A stretch of DNA of 32,000 bases, taken from contig NZ_CP146064.1 of NCBI RefSeq assembly GCF_037013405.1, positions 480,001 to 512,000 of the forward strand, written 5' to 3'. The notes under the pieces are model-generated. The model was not told where the DNA came from and did not search any database. It was given only the letters and a program-made list of their open reading frames with translations. A program made the translations under genes and the position numbers. The stretch comes from Candidatus Nanosynbacter sp. BB002. Its GTDB lineage: Bacteria > Patescibacteriota > Saccharimonadia > Saccharimonadales > Saccharimonadaceae. Shown piece after piece: positions 1 to 7,541 of the stretch. How positions within the stretch are numbered: the stretch's first letter is position 1; every line of letters starts with the position of its first letter.

Positions 1-454
1 ACGCCAGCTGCAGACTCTCTGAGTCAACCGCTCCCAACCGCTCAGCCCGCAATTTGACCTGCGACACCGACTCCTCGCCGCTGACATAGAGCACTTGGTT
101 TTGTCGGGCAATAAACGCCGCGACTTGCGCCAGCAGGGTGCTTTTACCAATTCCCGGCTGCCCCGCCACCAGCACCACGCCGCCCGGCAAAAAGCCACCG
201 CCGAGCACCGCGTCAAGGTCGGCAATGCCGGTTGCTAGCCGCGCCTGTTTAGTTTCAGTAGCCGTTTCGCTGAGCCTGAGCGTCGTGAGCGCCTTGCCCT
301 TGCCACTGCTGCGGGCTACCGCCGACGCACCAGTATCGACTGGTAGTTGCTCAACCAGCGAGTTCCACTCACCACAATTTTCACACTTGCCAACCCACTT
401 TGGATAGCTGGCGCCACACTGCTGGCAGATAAATTGCGATTTTGCCCGCGCCAT
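1..454 (-). CDS. radA: DNA repair protein RadA/Sms, N-terminal part (gene continues past the left edge)
   Basis: Reverse translation from ATG 452-454 reads MARAKSQFICQQCGASYPKWVGKCENCGEWNS (RadA zinc finger), then Walker A GQPGIGKST. It is absent from the ORF track because the window edge truncates it. Its start overlaps the upstream stop (TGATG). Confidence 0.85.
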   Translation of the reverse strand, partial: MARAKSQFICQQCGASYPKWVGKCENCGEWNSLVEQLPVDTGASAVARSSGKGKALTTLRLSETATETKQARLATGIADLDAVLGGGFLPGGVVLVAGQPGIGKSTLLAQVAAFIARQNQVLYVSGEESVSQVKLRAERLGAVDSESLQLA

Positions 455-1431
455 CACTCTACCGCCTTTTGACTGTCGAGGCTCTGACTGAGCCGATCAG
501 CTTGCTCACCTAGCGCATTCATTTTTTCAACGTCAGCATTGTACTGATCGATCTGCTGGAGTAACGCAGCCTTTTGACTATTCAAGCGTTGACCTTCGGC
601 TTGCAATTGCGAACGCTCAGCCTGGAACTGCTGCTGTGAACCAAAACCACCGCTAGTAGCTCGCTGATTGAAATCACGAATCTTCTCATTCAGCGCTGTC
701 ATCGAGGTATCGTAGTTTTCCTTTCGCTGCTCAATCACCGCTCGTTGCTGTTTCAACTTCGCCTGCAAAGTAGTCACTTGCCGCTCCAAATCAACAAATC
801 GCTGATTGTATTTTGCGTGCAAGGCAACTACTCGTGAGCGGTCACTGAAAAATCGAGCATAGTGCGTTTCCAGCTCTGAGCCCAAATCGGCATGTTCCGT
901 GCCTAAAATGGAATGAAGCTCATTTGACCGAGAGCCTGGCTGCGCTCGATCATAGTACGCCATGCGTTCTTCCAACTTATTGTCTTTGATCCTCGCATAG
1001 GCATGTTCCAACAATTGACCAAGTCGCTGCTTTTCGGCGTCAGATAATCGCGACCACGCTGCGTGCAACATCTCGTGCGCCGCCGTCACCTCTTTGATAC
1101 CGTCAAGCTCAGGGTTCGGCACATTGTAAATATGAATAGTATCCTCTCCTGACTTGTAGCAGCCCAAAATTGGACTGGCTTTTTCCGACCGACGACACTC
1201 AGCATTAAATTCATTGGACGACTCCAGCCGTGGCTGAGTGACGTAAAATTGAAATCTGCCGTGCTCCGACATACCAGCGTTTGTTGCCAATTGAGCAATC
1301 TCAGTACTGGGCTGAAATTGCCAAGCTCGCACATGATCGAGTACGAATTGCCGGTTGAGCACCACCCAACCACTGAAGGCCAATATAGCTACTGACAGTA
1401 AAAAGCTCCCTAGTTTGCTAATCTTCGACAT
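454..1431 (-). CDS. membrane-anchored protein with an HExxH (zinc-metallopeptidase-like) motif and a C-terminal coiled coil; function unknown
   Basis: ORF 454..1434. It has an N-terminal hydrophobic helix (FLLSVAILAFSGWVVL), an AAHEMLHAAW motif and a Q/E/K/L-rich C-terminal third. The start is ATG 1429-1431 (TTG 1432-1434 is possible). It overlaps the clpC stop and the radA start. Confidence 0.75.
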   Translation of the reverse strand: MSKISKLGSFLLSVAILAFSGWVVLNRQFVLDHVRAWQFQPSTEIAQLATNAGMSEHGRFQFYVTQPRLESSNEFNAECRRSEKASPILGCYKSGEDTIHIYNVPNPELDGIKEVTAAHEMLHAAWSRLSDAEKQRLGQLLEHAYARIKDNKLEERMAYYDRAQPGSRSNELHSILGTEHADLGSELETHYARFFSDRSRVVALHAKYNQRFVDLERQVTTLQAKLKQQRAVIEQRKENYDTSMTALNEKIRDFNQRATSGGFGSQQQFQAERSQLQAEGQRLNSQKAALLQQIDQYNADVEKMNALGEQADRLSQSLDSQKAVE

Positions 1432-3868
1432 CAATTATTACCTCACCTTTTTTCATTGACGCAATTAATGTTGATCCTGCGTGCGCTTTCGACAGCACTG
1501 CTTCACTCAACGGATCTCCCAACAGAGTCTGGACAGTCCGCCGAAGGCGTCTCGCTCCGCGTTCAGCGTCAAAGCCATGGTCAATGATGCGACGTTTGAC
1601 ACTTGGTTTAATCATCAGGCTCATGCCGTGGCTCTCAATTGCCGCGCCAAGTTCGCTCGCAATAGTATCAAATATCTTGCCAGCAACTGCTCGGCTCAAC
1701 GCTTGGAAGACGATGATAGCATCAAATCGCTCAATCAACTCTGGCTTTAAGAAATCCTCCAGAGCCTGTCGCGCCGTCCGGTCATTGTGTCGCTGTACGT
1801 CTTTGCTACTGCGTTTCTTTGCGCCGCCAAACCCTAACGCTTCAGTATTCATCATACCCGCCGAGCCAACATTGCTGGTCAAGATGATGATGGTATGGCG
1901 AAAGCTGATCGCTCGCCCTTGCGCGTCGGTCAACTGACCATCTTCCAGTAGTTGCAGTAGCAGATTCATCACGTCTGGATGTGCTTTTTCAATCTCATCA
2001 AATAACACCACACTGTACGGCTGCCGACGAACTTTGTCGGTCAATTTACCGCCATCTTCATACCCCACATAGCCCGCTGGAGCGCCAACCAACCGACTCG
2101 TCGTGTGCTTTTCGGAGAATTCACTCATGTCAATTTTGATGAGGTTCTGCTCACCACCAAACACTTCCCGCGCCAACACGCGAGCCAGCTCAGTTTTACC
2201 AACACCTGTCGGGCCCAAAAATACGAAAGATCCCATGGGTCCGCTATGCCGATGTAGTCCAGCGCTGTTTCGTCGAATAGACCTCGCCAATTCAGCAATT
2301 GCTTCAGTTTGCCCCAGCACAAATTTACCTAATCTATGCTCCAGCTTGATCAAACTTTTGGCTTCAGTGTGCGCCAATTTTTTCACTGGCACACCAGTCA
2401 TAGCGCTCACTGCCGACCTCAAATATGCTTCATCCAACCGCGGCAACATGTCCTCGCTCGCGCCCAGATCACCAGCGCGCTTTTCCAATTGCTTCATTTG
2501 CGTTTTGAAACGCGCCGCTCGTTCGTAGTCTTCCGCTTCCACAGCCGCATCGATTTTACCCGCCAGGCGCTTGATTTGCTGAGCTAACTTTTGGCGTCGG
2601 CCTGGTTTGAGTGGCTGCTTTGAGCGCATCAATGCTGCCGCTTCGTCCAGCACATCAATCGCTTTGTCGGGCAAAAATCGATCCATGACATACCGCTGGC
2701 TCAAATCTACTGCCAGCTTCACAGCCTCCTCGTCGATACTCAGCTGATGATGCAGCGCCAAGCGACTACTCAGCCCCATCACCATCCGCACCGCTTCTTC
2801 TGCCTCAGGTTCCGCCACCACCACCGACTGAAATCGTCGGCTCAAAGCAGCGTCTTTTTCAATGTATTTGCGATATTCATCAAAGGTCGTCGCCCCGATC
2901 ACCCGCACTTCGCCGCGCGCCAACGCTGGCTTCAAAGCATTGGCGGCGTCCATCGAGCCTTCGGCCGAACCAGCGCCCACCAGCAGATGCAGCTCATCGA
3001 TAAACAAAATAACTTCTTGGTGCTCCTTGGCGACCACTAGCACTTTTTGCAAGCGTTCTTCAAACTGCCCACGAAACTTCGTTCCCGCCACCATGGAAAC
3101 CAGGTCTAGCTGGATGATCCTTTTGCCTTCCAAAAATGCCGGCACGTCACCATCAACGATTCGCTGCGCCAAACCTTCAACAATTGCAGTTTTTCCCACG
3201 CCTGGCTCACCGATCAAAGCTGGGTTATTTTTACTGCGCCGACCCAACACCGTGATGACACGCGACAATTCTTTGTCCCGCCCAATCATCGGATCGACCA
3301 ATCCCTGCCGAGCTCGCTCTGTTAAATCATTGCCAAACTTCTCTAGCAGTTTGATGGACTTGCGTTCAGTAGTCGGCGCTGACTCGATTTGTTGCTCTGC
3401 CTCTGACTGTTGCCTGTCAAACACGCCCTCCAAGTCGCCACGAAGAGCCTCTAAATCAACATTCATGTCACGCAAAATCCTAGTAGCCCGCGCTTCGCGC
3501 TGCGTCAAGATGCTGTAGACCAAATGCTCCGTACCGATTCGCGACTGCCCAAACTCCAGCGCCAGCTCCCACGCCATGCGCACTGTCGCCAAAACATCAG
3601 CTCGTACTCCATGGTCAACGACAGCAAACACCACCGCACTCGGCGTCAATTCCAGCGCCGTTTCAACGCGATCAAGCGTCACTCCACTTTCCGCCAAGAT
3701 CTTGGCACCTAGCGAAGAATTCTGAGCCAATATCCCCAGGAGAATATGCTCAGTCCCCACGTACGGGCTTCCTTGATTTCGGGCAATCACACCAGCTCGC
3801 TCAAAGCTAGCCCGCGCCGTATCTGTCAGGCGCGATTCCAGCTCAGAGAAATCTCTCGGCTGTTCCAT
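1418..3868 (-). CDS. clpC: ATP-dependent Clp protease ATP-binding subunit ClpC (class I AAA+ chaperone)
   Basis: 816 aa with Clp_N repeats and two Walker A sites (GEPGVGKTA, GPTGVGKTE). A UVR-like linker (EDYERAARFKTQMKQLEKR) is typical of ClpC. A GGAGG Shine-Dalgarno lies 5 nt upstream of ATG 3866-3868. Confidence 0.9.
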   Translation of the reverse strand: MEQPRDFSELESRLTDTARASFERAGVIARNQGSPYVGTEHILLGILAQNSSLGAKILAESGVTLDRVETALELTPSAVVFAVVDHGVRADVLATVRMAWELALEFGQSRIGTEHLVYSILTQREARATRILRDMNVDLEALRGDLEGVFDRQQSEAEQQIESAPTTERKSIKLLEKFGNDLTERARQGLVDPMIGRDKELSRVITVLGRRSKNNPALIGEPGVGKTAIVEGLAQRIVDGDVPAFLEGKRIIQLDLVSMVAGTKFRGQFEERLQKVLVVAKEHQEVILFIDELHLLVGAGSAEGSMDAANALKPALARGEVRVIGATTFDEYRKYIEKDAALSRRFQSVVVAEPEAEEAVRMVMGLSSRLALHHQLSIDEEAVKLAVDLSQRYVMDRFLPDKAIDVLDEAAALMRSKQPLKPGRRQKLAQQIKRLAGKIDAAVEAEDYERAARFKTQMKQLEKRAGDLGASEDMLPRLDEAYLRSAVSAMTGVPVKKLAHTEAKSLIKLEHRLGKFVLGQTEAIAELARSIRRNSAGLHRHSGPMGSFVFLGPTGVGKTELARVLAREVFGGEQNLIKIDMSEFSEKHTTSRLVGAPAGYVGYEDGGKLTDKVRRQPYSVVLFDEIEKAHPDVMNLLLQLLEDGQLTDAQGRAISFRHTIIILTSNVGSAGMMNTEALGFGGAKKRSSKDVQRHNDRTARQALEDFLKPELIERFDAIIVFQALSRAVAGKIFDTIASELGAAIESHGMSLMIKPSVKRRIIDHGFDAERGARRLRRTVQTLLGDPLSEAVLSKAHAGSTLIASMKKGEVIIDVED

Positions 3869-3920
3869 TATCGCCTCCTTTCATCGCTTATCGGCGAATA
3901 TCTCAAGTACTTCGCCAATC

Positions 3921-5045
3921 TTATTCTGCTGTTTCCTCAATGGCATTAAACAAGCTGTCTTCTACATTCTTGCGAGGCTTATTTTCAGCTGGTTTAACAG
4001 CTGCCTTTGCCTCGATATCTAGTTCATAGCCAGTCAGACGACTTGCCAAGCGAACATTCTGCCCAGCCCGGCCGATGGCCACTGATTGCTGATCCTCGCT
4101 AACGTAGACGGTTGCTCGCTTTTCGTCCTCATTGACCGTCACGCTCAGCACTTCTGCCGGGCTCATGGCATTGGCGATGAAACCAGCTGCGTCTTCTTCA
4201 AACGGAATGATATCAATTTTTTCCTGCTCGCCAATTTCGTTCATCACCGCCTGAACACGCGTTCCATGACCGCCGACGAAGGTACCGACTGGGTCAACAC
4301 CTGGCAGTGCTGATGCAACCGCCAATTTGGTGCGGCGACCCGCCTCGCGGGCAATGGCTTTGATTTCCACAGCGCCCGTTTCCATCTCTGGCACTTCCTG
4401 ACTGAACAAGAACCGCACAAACTCTTCATTGCCGCGGCTCAATATCAGCTGCGGACCGCGACCTTCGCGTTCGATGTCCTTAATGTACACCTTGACGCGG
4501 CGACCAACACCGTAGTATTCGCCAGGGATTTGCTCGGACTGAGGCATGATACCGACCGCCTTGCCCAGCTCAATTCGCACCACGCGTGGCTCAACCCGCT
4601 GAATCGTACCGGTTACCACCGTACCAATTTTATCTTCAAATTCTGCCAGCACCACTTCGCGCTCGGCCTCGCGCAGCCGCTGCAAAATCACTTGCTTGGC
4701 GGTCTGGGCTGCTACCCGACCAAACGTCGTCACGTTGTGAGTCTCGACCGTCACTTCGCTGCCTAACTCAGCCGCCGGGTCAACCGTTTTGGCCTCGTCC
4801 AGGCTCATTTGATTGACATCATTTTCGACTTCTTCAACCACCGTTTTGACGACCGACACCACAGCCGTGCCGCTATTGATGTTTAGGCTAGCGCGCACCA
4901 ACTGCTCACGGGTACCGTTATCACGCCGCCACGCCGCCGCGATAGCCTGCTCGATCACCTCTAGAACTGTCTCTTCTGGCAGGTTCTTTTCCTCGGCAAT
5001 CGTCCGCAGTGCCAACGTCAATTGCTTAATGTTCAAATCTTCCAT
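3921..5045 (-). CDS. nusA: transcription termination/antitermination factor NusA
   Basis: It has a NusA N-terminal domain, an S1 domain (GTVVTGTIQRVEPRVVRIELG) and KH domains. The ORF track starts at 5063, but AAGGAG precedes ATG 5043-5045 (MEDLNIKQL), so the shorter start is preferred. Confidence 0.9.
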   Translation of the reverse strand: MEDLNIKQLTLALRTIAEEKNLPEETVLEVIEQAIAAAWRRDNGTREQLVRASLNINSGTAVVSVVKTVVEEVENDVNQMSLDEAKTVDPAAELGSEVTVETHNVTTFGRVAAQTAKQVILQRLREAEREVVLAEFEDKIGTVVTGTIQRVEPRVVRIELGKAVGIMPQSEQIPGEYYGVGRRVKVYIKDIEREGRGPQLILSRGNEEFVRFLFSQEVPEMETGAVEIKAIAREAGRRTKLAVASALPGVDPVGTFVGGHGTRVQAVMNEIGEQEKIDIIPFEEDAAGFIANAMSPAEVLSVTVNEDEKRATVYVSEDQQSVAIGRAGQNVRLASRLTGYELDIEAKAAVKPAENKPRKNVEDSLFNAIEETAE

Positions 5046-5068
5046 ACTACTCTCCTTTATCACTTATG

Positions 5069-5077
5069 ATTATACCA
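5069..5077 (-). promoter_or_regulatory. extended -10 promoter for nusA (TGgTATAAT)
   Basis: The reverse strand reads cgTGgTATAATcataagtgatAAAGGAGagtagtATG. This gives a -10 box followed by a short SD-containing leader. Confidence 0.5.
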
Positions 5078-5115
5078 CGATACGAGGTTGCACCGCGATG
5101 CATATATCCTCATAC

Positions 5116-5141
5116 GAAAAATTCCGACCTTGGCGGCCGGA
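5116..5141 (-). terminator. intrinsic terminator downstream of the 261-aa orphan gene
   Basis: The minus strand reads TCCGGCC-gccaa-GGTCGGA followed by ATTTTTCG. The single non-Watson-Crick pair is G-U on the minus strand but A-C on the plus strand, which favours minus-strand function. It begins 16 nt after the stop at 5157. Confidence 0.6.
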
Positions 5142-5156
5142 CGTACACTACACATT

Positions 5157-5942
5157 CTATACCAGTTCGCTGGCCATGTCAAGCATACCACGTAGTCCGC
5201 GCCTTCTCCGTGCCATATCGAGCAAAGCGGTCCTGCAAAGACCGGCCGTAAACCCAGTAAACGGCTGGTCAAAGAGGGTGAATATTTCGGCATACTCTTT
5301 ATTTTCCGTCACCTTAACACCCGAGAAGATATTCGCGCCCTCATTATACTCACGCCGCATATCATTGATGAGCACTCTTGACGCAAAACGCCCAATCACC
5401 CTATCAATCTCCCGCTGGATACGATTCAACTCATCCATGATGGCATAATAATTACGACTATCCTTGTCCATGCCATATTGTTCTCGCAATGATCTACCCG
5501 GGGCTCTCTCGATAACGGCGGCAGGTGGTGAATAGCCATCACCTACCAAGGCCAATACTGACGAGGTCGTGATGTCTGAATTATCCTGCTCAAGTTCTTC
5601 ACCTAACATATTCAACGTGAGCGTTTGTATCTGCGCCTCATCCTTATCCCGATGTCGCTTACTCAAATACGGAATGTCAGGACCTGGATCAATAACATAA
5701 GCATGTAATGCACCTAATCGAGCTGCGGCAATCTTATTTTGTATCACCTTTTCTCTACCCCGCCCATGATATTGCATCCAATCTGGATTTCGGCTGACCG
5801 ACGCAATAGCCGTCAGCTCCAAGGTTCGCTGAAAACCCTCATCATCAGCCAGCTCTGGACGGAATAAAACCGCAGTCACTTGATGGTTTTCCTGGTCCAT
5901 CGGCGACTTGACCGGATACTGGCGAATTTGCTCACTTTTCAC
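5157..5942 (-). CDS. hypothetical protein, no recognisable domain (261 aa)
   Basis: A long ORF with its own promoter and terminator and a GTG start at 5940-5942. I recognise no motif. Confidence 0.65.
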   Translation of the reverse strand: MKSEQIRQYPVKSPMDQENHQVTAVLFRPELADDEGFQRTLELTAIASVSRNPDWMQYHGRGREKVIQNKIAAARLGALHAYVIDPGPDIPYLSKRHRDKDEAQIQTLTLNMLGEELEQDNSDITTSSVLALVGDGYSPPAAVIERAPGRSLREQYGMDKDSRNYYAIMDELNRIQREIDRVIGRFASRVLINDMRREYNEGANIFSGVKVTENKEYAEIFTLFDQPFTGFTAGLCRTALLDMARRRRGLRGMLDMASELV

Positions 5943-5948
5943 CTTATT

Positions 5949-5977
5949 ATAATAGCATTTTATTTCTTTATTGTCAA
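5949..5977 (-). promoter_or_regulatory. sigma70-like promoter (TTGACA-17-TGcTATTAT), 6 nt upstream of the GTG start
   Basis: The minus strand reads TTGACAataaagaaataaaaTGcTATTATaataagGTG. Confidence 0.6.
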
Positions 5978-5996
5978 TGTAATTATGTCCGTACTG

Positions 5997-6025
5997 TTGC
6001 TTATTTTGTCTTTCTATGACATAAT
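5997..6025 (+). promoter_or_regulatory. promoter (TTGCTT-17-TGaCATAAT), 6 nt upstream of ATG 6032
   Basis: The sequence reads TTGCTTattttgtctttctaTGaCATAATactactATG. Confidence 0.55.
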
Positions 6026-6031
6026 ACTACT

Positions 6032-6778
6032 ATGTTTACCGTCTCCTCACCCGAGAAAAATGGCCAGCCAAGTTTTCAGGTGGACATTGCGCCAAGCTGG
6101 CCTATTTTGGATCAGACCAGAACCAATTGGCTTACCGGCAGACCGGCTACTGTCGACAAAATCCCAGTATATCCTGAAACGCGCGACTGGGTGCTCGGGC
6201 CAGCCGTTCAGATTTATAAAGAAACAACGTTCTATCTAAAAGATAACCAAATTCCAGATTTTCCAATCAAAACAGCGGACAGTGAAGCATGTTGTAGCCT
6301 AATGGATTACTACGTTAACCCTGAGGATATTGCAACATTATTCATACCCTACGTTGACAAGGTATTTGATATCAATTCACCCGAAGAGGCCATATCCGCT
6401 GAGGCGTACTTAAACCGCAAAATAGGCTCAAAAGTACTCCGCATGGTATTTGAGAATATTCCTGAATTAAAGGACCCTATTTTGCGAAGAGCAATCGACA
6501 GCTCTCTGGTGGAAACACAAGAAGATATCGCTCTGGCTGTTGAAGCTCGTAAAATTCATGGGCTATCACCAGATGACGAATCAGTAAAACTCATCAGACA
6601 AGCTACCTGCAAAAAAGTTGACAGACAACTCTCCGCCATGCGAGATGCCATGACAGAGCTTGCATACGTCAATGGTGCTGATAGATCGAAGCATAAGCCA
6701 GAGCTAAGCGCTGCCGACAGAAGAGAGATTTTTGCTGAAATGATCGCAGCTAAATACGAGCCGCCAGCTGAGTCTTAG
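6032..6778 (+). CDS. hypothetical protein, no recognisable domain (248 aa)
   Basis: A long ORF divergent from 5157..5942. The region is visibly more AT-rich than the flanking core genes. Confidence 0.65.
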   Translation: MFTVSSPEKNGQPSFQVDIAPSWPILDQTRTNWLTGRPATVDKIPVYPETRDWVLGPAVQIYKETTFYLKDNQIPDFPIKTADSEACCSLMDYYVNPEDIATLFIPYVDKVFDINSPEEAISAEAYLNRKIGSKVLRMVFENIPELKDPILRRAIDSSLVETQEDIALAVEARKIHGLSPDDESVKLIRQATCKKVDRQLSAMRDAMTELAYVNGADRSKHKPELSAADRREIFAEMIAAKYEPPAES

Positions 6779-6779
6779 C

Positions 6780-7466
6780 TCACCCCTTACATTTTTCCAA
6801 AACATGAACGGAGGCTTGCTTTTCAGCGTCAGTGACCCACAAGTGATATTTTTTCTTCACCGCAATTTGCCGGGTGACGTATTGGCAGCGAAAATCTTTG
6901 TTAGGCGGCAACCAAGCTGATGCATCGCTATCACCCTTATTCTGGTTTGCCTGCCCTTCTGACGCCAGTAGGTTCAGTGGATCATTCGCTAATTTTTCCC
7001 TGTCAACCGCTGACAAATTCTGCGCGCCCTTTTGCCAGGCGTCGCTCAGCGCCACCACATGGTCGATCTGTACTTTAGAACTGGTTTTTTCACCGCGCTG
7101 AAAATGAATGGTTTGACCAGTATATGGATCTTGCAAAACACCAGAAAGCACCTTGCAGCCTTCGCCCACTTTTTCATCACTCAAGTCCCTAGCTAAAATC
7201 ACTTCCCGCACCGAGCAACCATCAATTTTGCCCCAGCCGTTGCCAAACTGTTTGCGCGTATAGCCCGTTTTGGGCGCACGACCCTTTACTTCCAATTTGT
7301 TCAGTTCATCAAGCGCGGTTGAATTGCCAAAATACTGTTGCTGCAGATCAGCCGGGACAGGAGCCAGCTTTGGCTGCGACAGCTGTGACGACCACACTGC
7401 CAAAACCGACAGCACCACCACAAACAAGGCCATGATACGCCTGCGCTGTAATTTCGCCCCCTTCAT
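6780..7466 (-). CDS. secreted or membrane-anchored DUF1524/HNH-type nuclease
   Basis: The C-terminal region (QIDHVVALSDAWQKGA ... NLLASEGQANQNKGDSDASAWLPP) matches the DUF1524 His-Me finger pattern. The N-terminus has a signal/anchor sequence (IMALFVVVLSVLAVW). The start is set at ATG 7464-7466, which is preceded by TATACT-agaagt. The longer track ORF (to 7559) would overlap pepN. Confidence 0.7.
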   Translation of the reverse strand: MKGAKLQRRRIMALFVVVLSVLAVWSSQLSQPKLAPVPADLQQQYFGNSTALDELNKLEVKGRAPKTGYTRKQFGNGWGKIDGCSVREVILARDLSDEKVGEGCKVLSGVLQDPYTGQTIHFQRGEKTSSKVQIDHVVALSDAWQKGAQNLSAVDREKLANDPLNLLASEGQANQNKGDSDASAWLPPNKDFRCQYVTRQIAVKKKYHLWVTDAEKQASVHVLEKCKG

Positions 7467-7472
7467 ACTTCT

Positions 7473-7478
7473 AGTATA
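7473..7478 (-). promoter_or_regulatory. -10 box (TATACT), 6 nt upstream of the nuclease ATG
   Basis: The minus strand reads cgaTATACTagaagtATG. Confidence 0.45.
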
Positions 7479-7526
7479 TCGAATATCATAAGCCTTTTCC
7501 AACCAGTCAGTCTCGCAGCCAGCAAA

Positions 7527-7535
7527 TGATATAAT
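7527..7535 (+). promoter_or_regulatory. extended -10 (TGaTATAAT), 6 nt upstream of the pepN ATG
   Basis: The sequence reads aaaTGaTATAATaaaaccATG. Confidence 0.6.
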
Positions 7536-7541
7536 AAAACC

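Noticed and set aside
138-407. 89-aa plus-strand ORF at the left edge.
   Set aside because: It is antisense to the clearly recognisable radA N-terminus (zinc finger and Walker A). It starts with GTG, and the translation is Pro/Ser/Ala-rich shadow sequence.
2862-3518. Long antisense or overlapping ORFs. These are 2862..3518 (+), 4813..5448 (+), 11967..12539 (+), 13838..14437 (-), 17672..18397 (+), 19370..19903 (+), 21026..21616 (+), 30450..30941 (-) and many shorter ones.
   Set aside because: Each lies entirely opposite or inside a gene with strong family motifs (clpC, nusA, malic enzyme, dnaE, galU, argH and so on). Their translations are low-complexity and Arg/Ser/Pro-rich, typical of shadow frames, with no start signals of their own.
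3893-3916. Hairpin GGCGAA-12 nt-TTCGCC between the nusA stop and the clpC SD, considered as a terminator.
   Set aside because: No U-tract follows on the minus strand and the loop is large. clpC has no obvious promoter of its own here, so read-through from nusA seems more likely. At most it is a processing or stability element.
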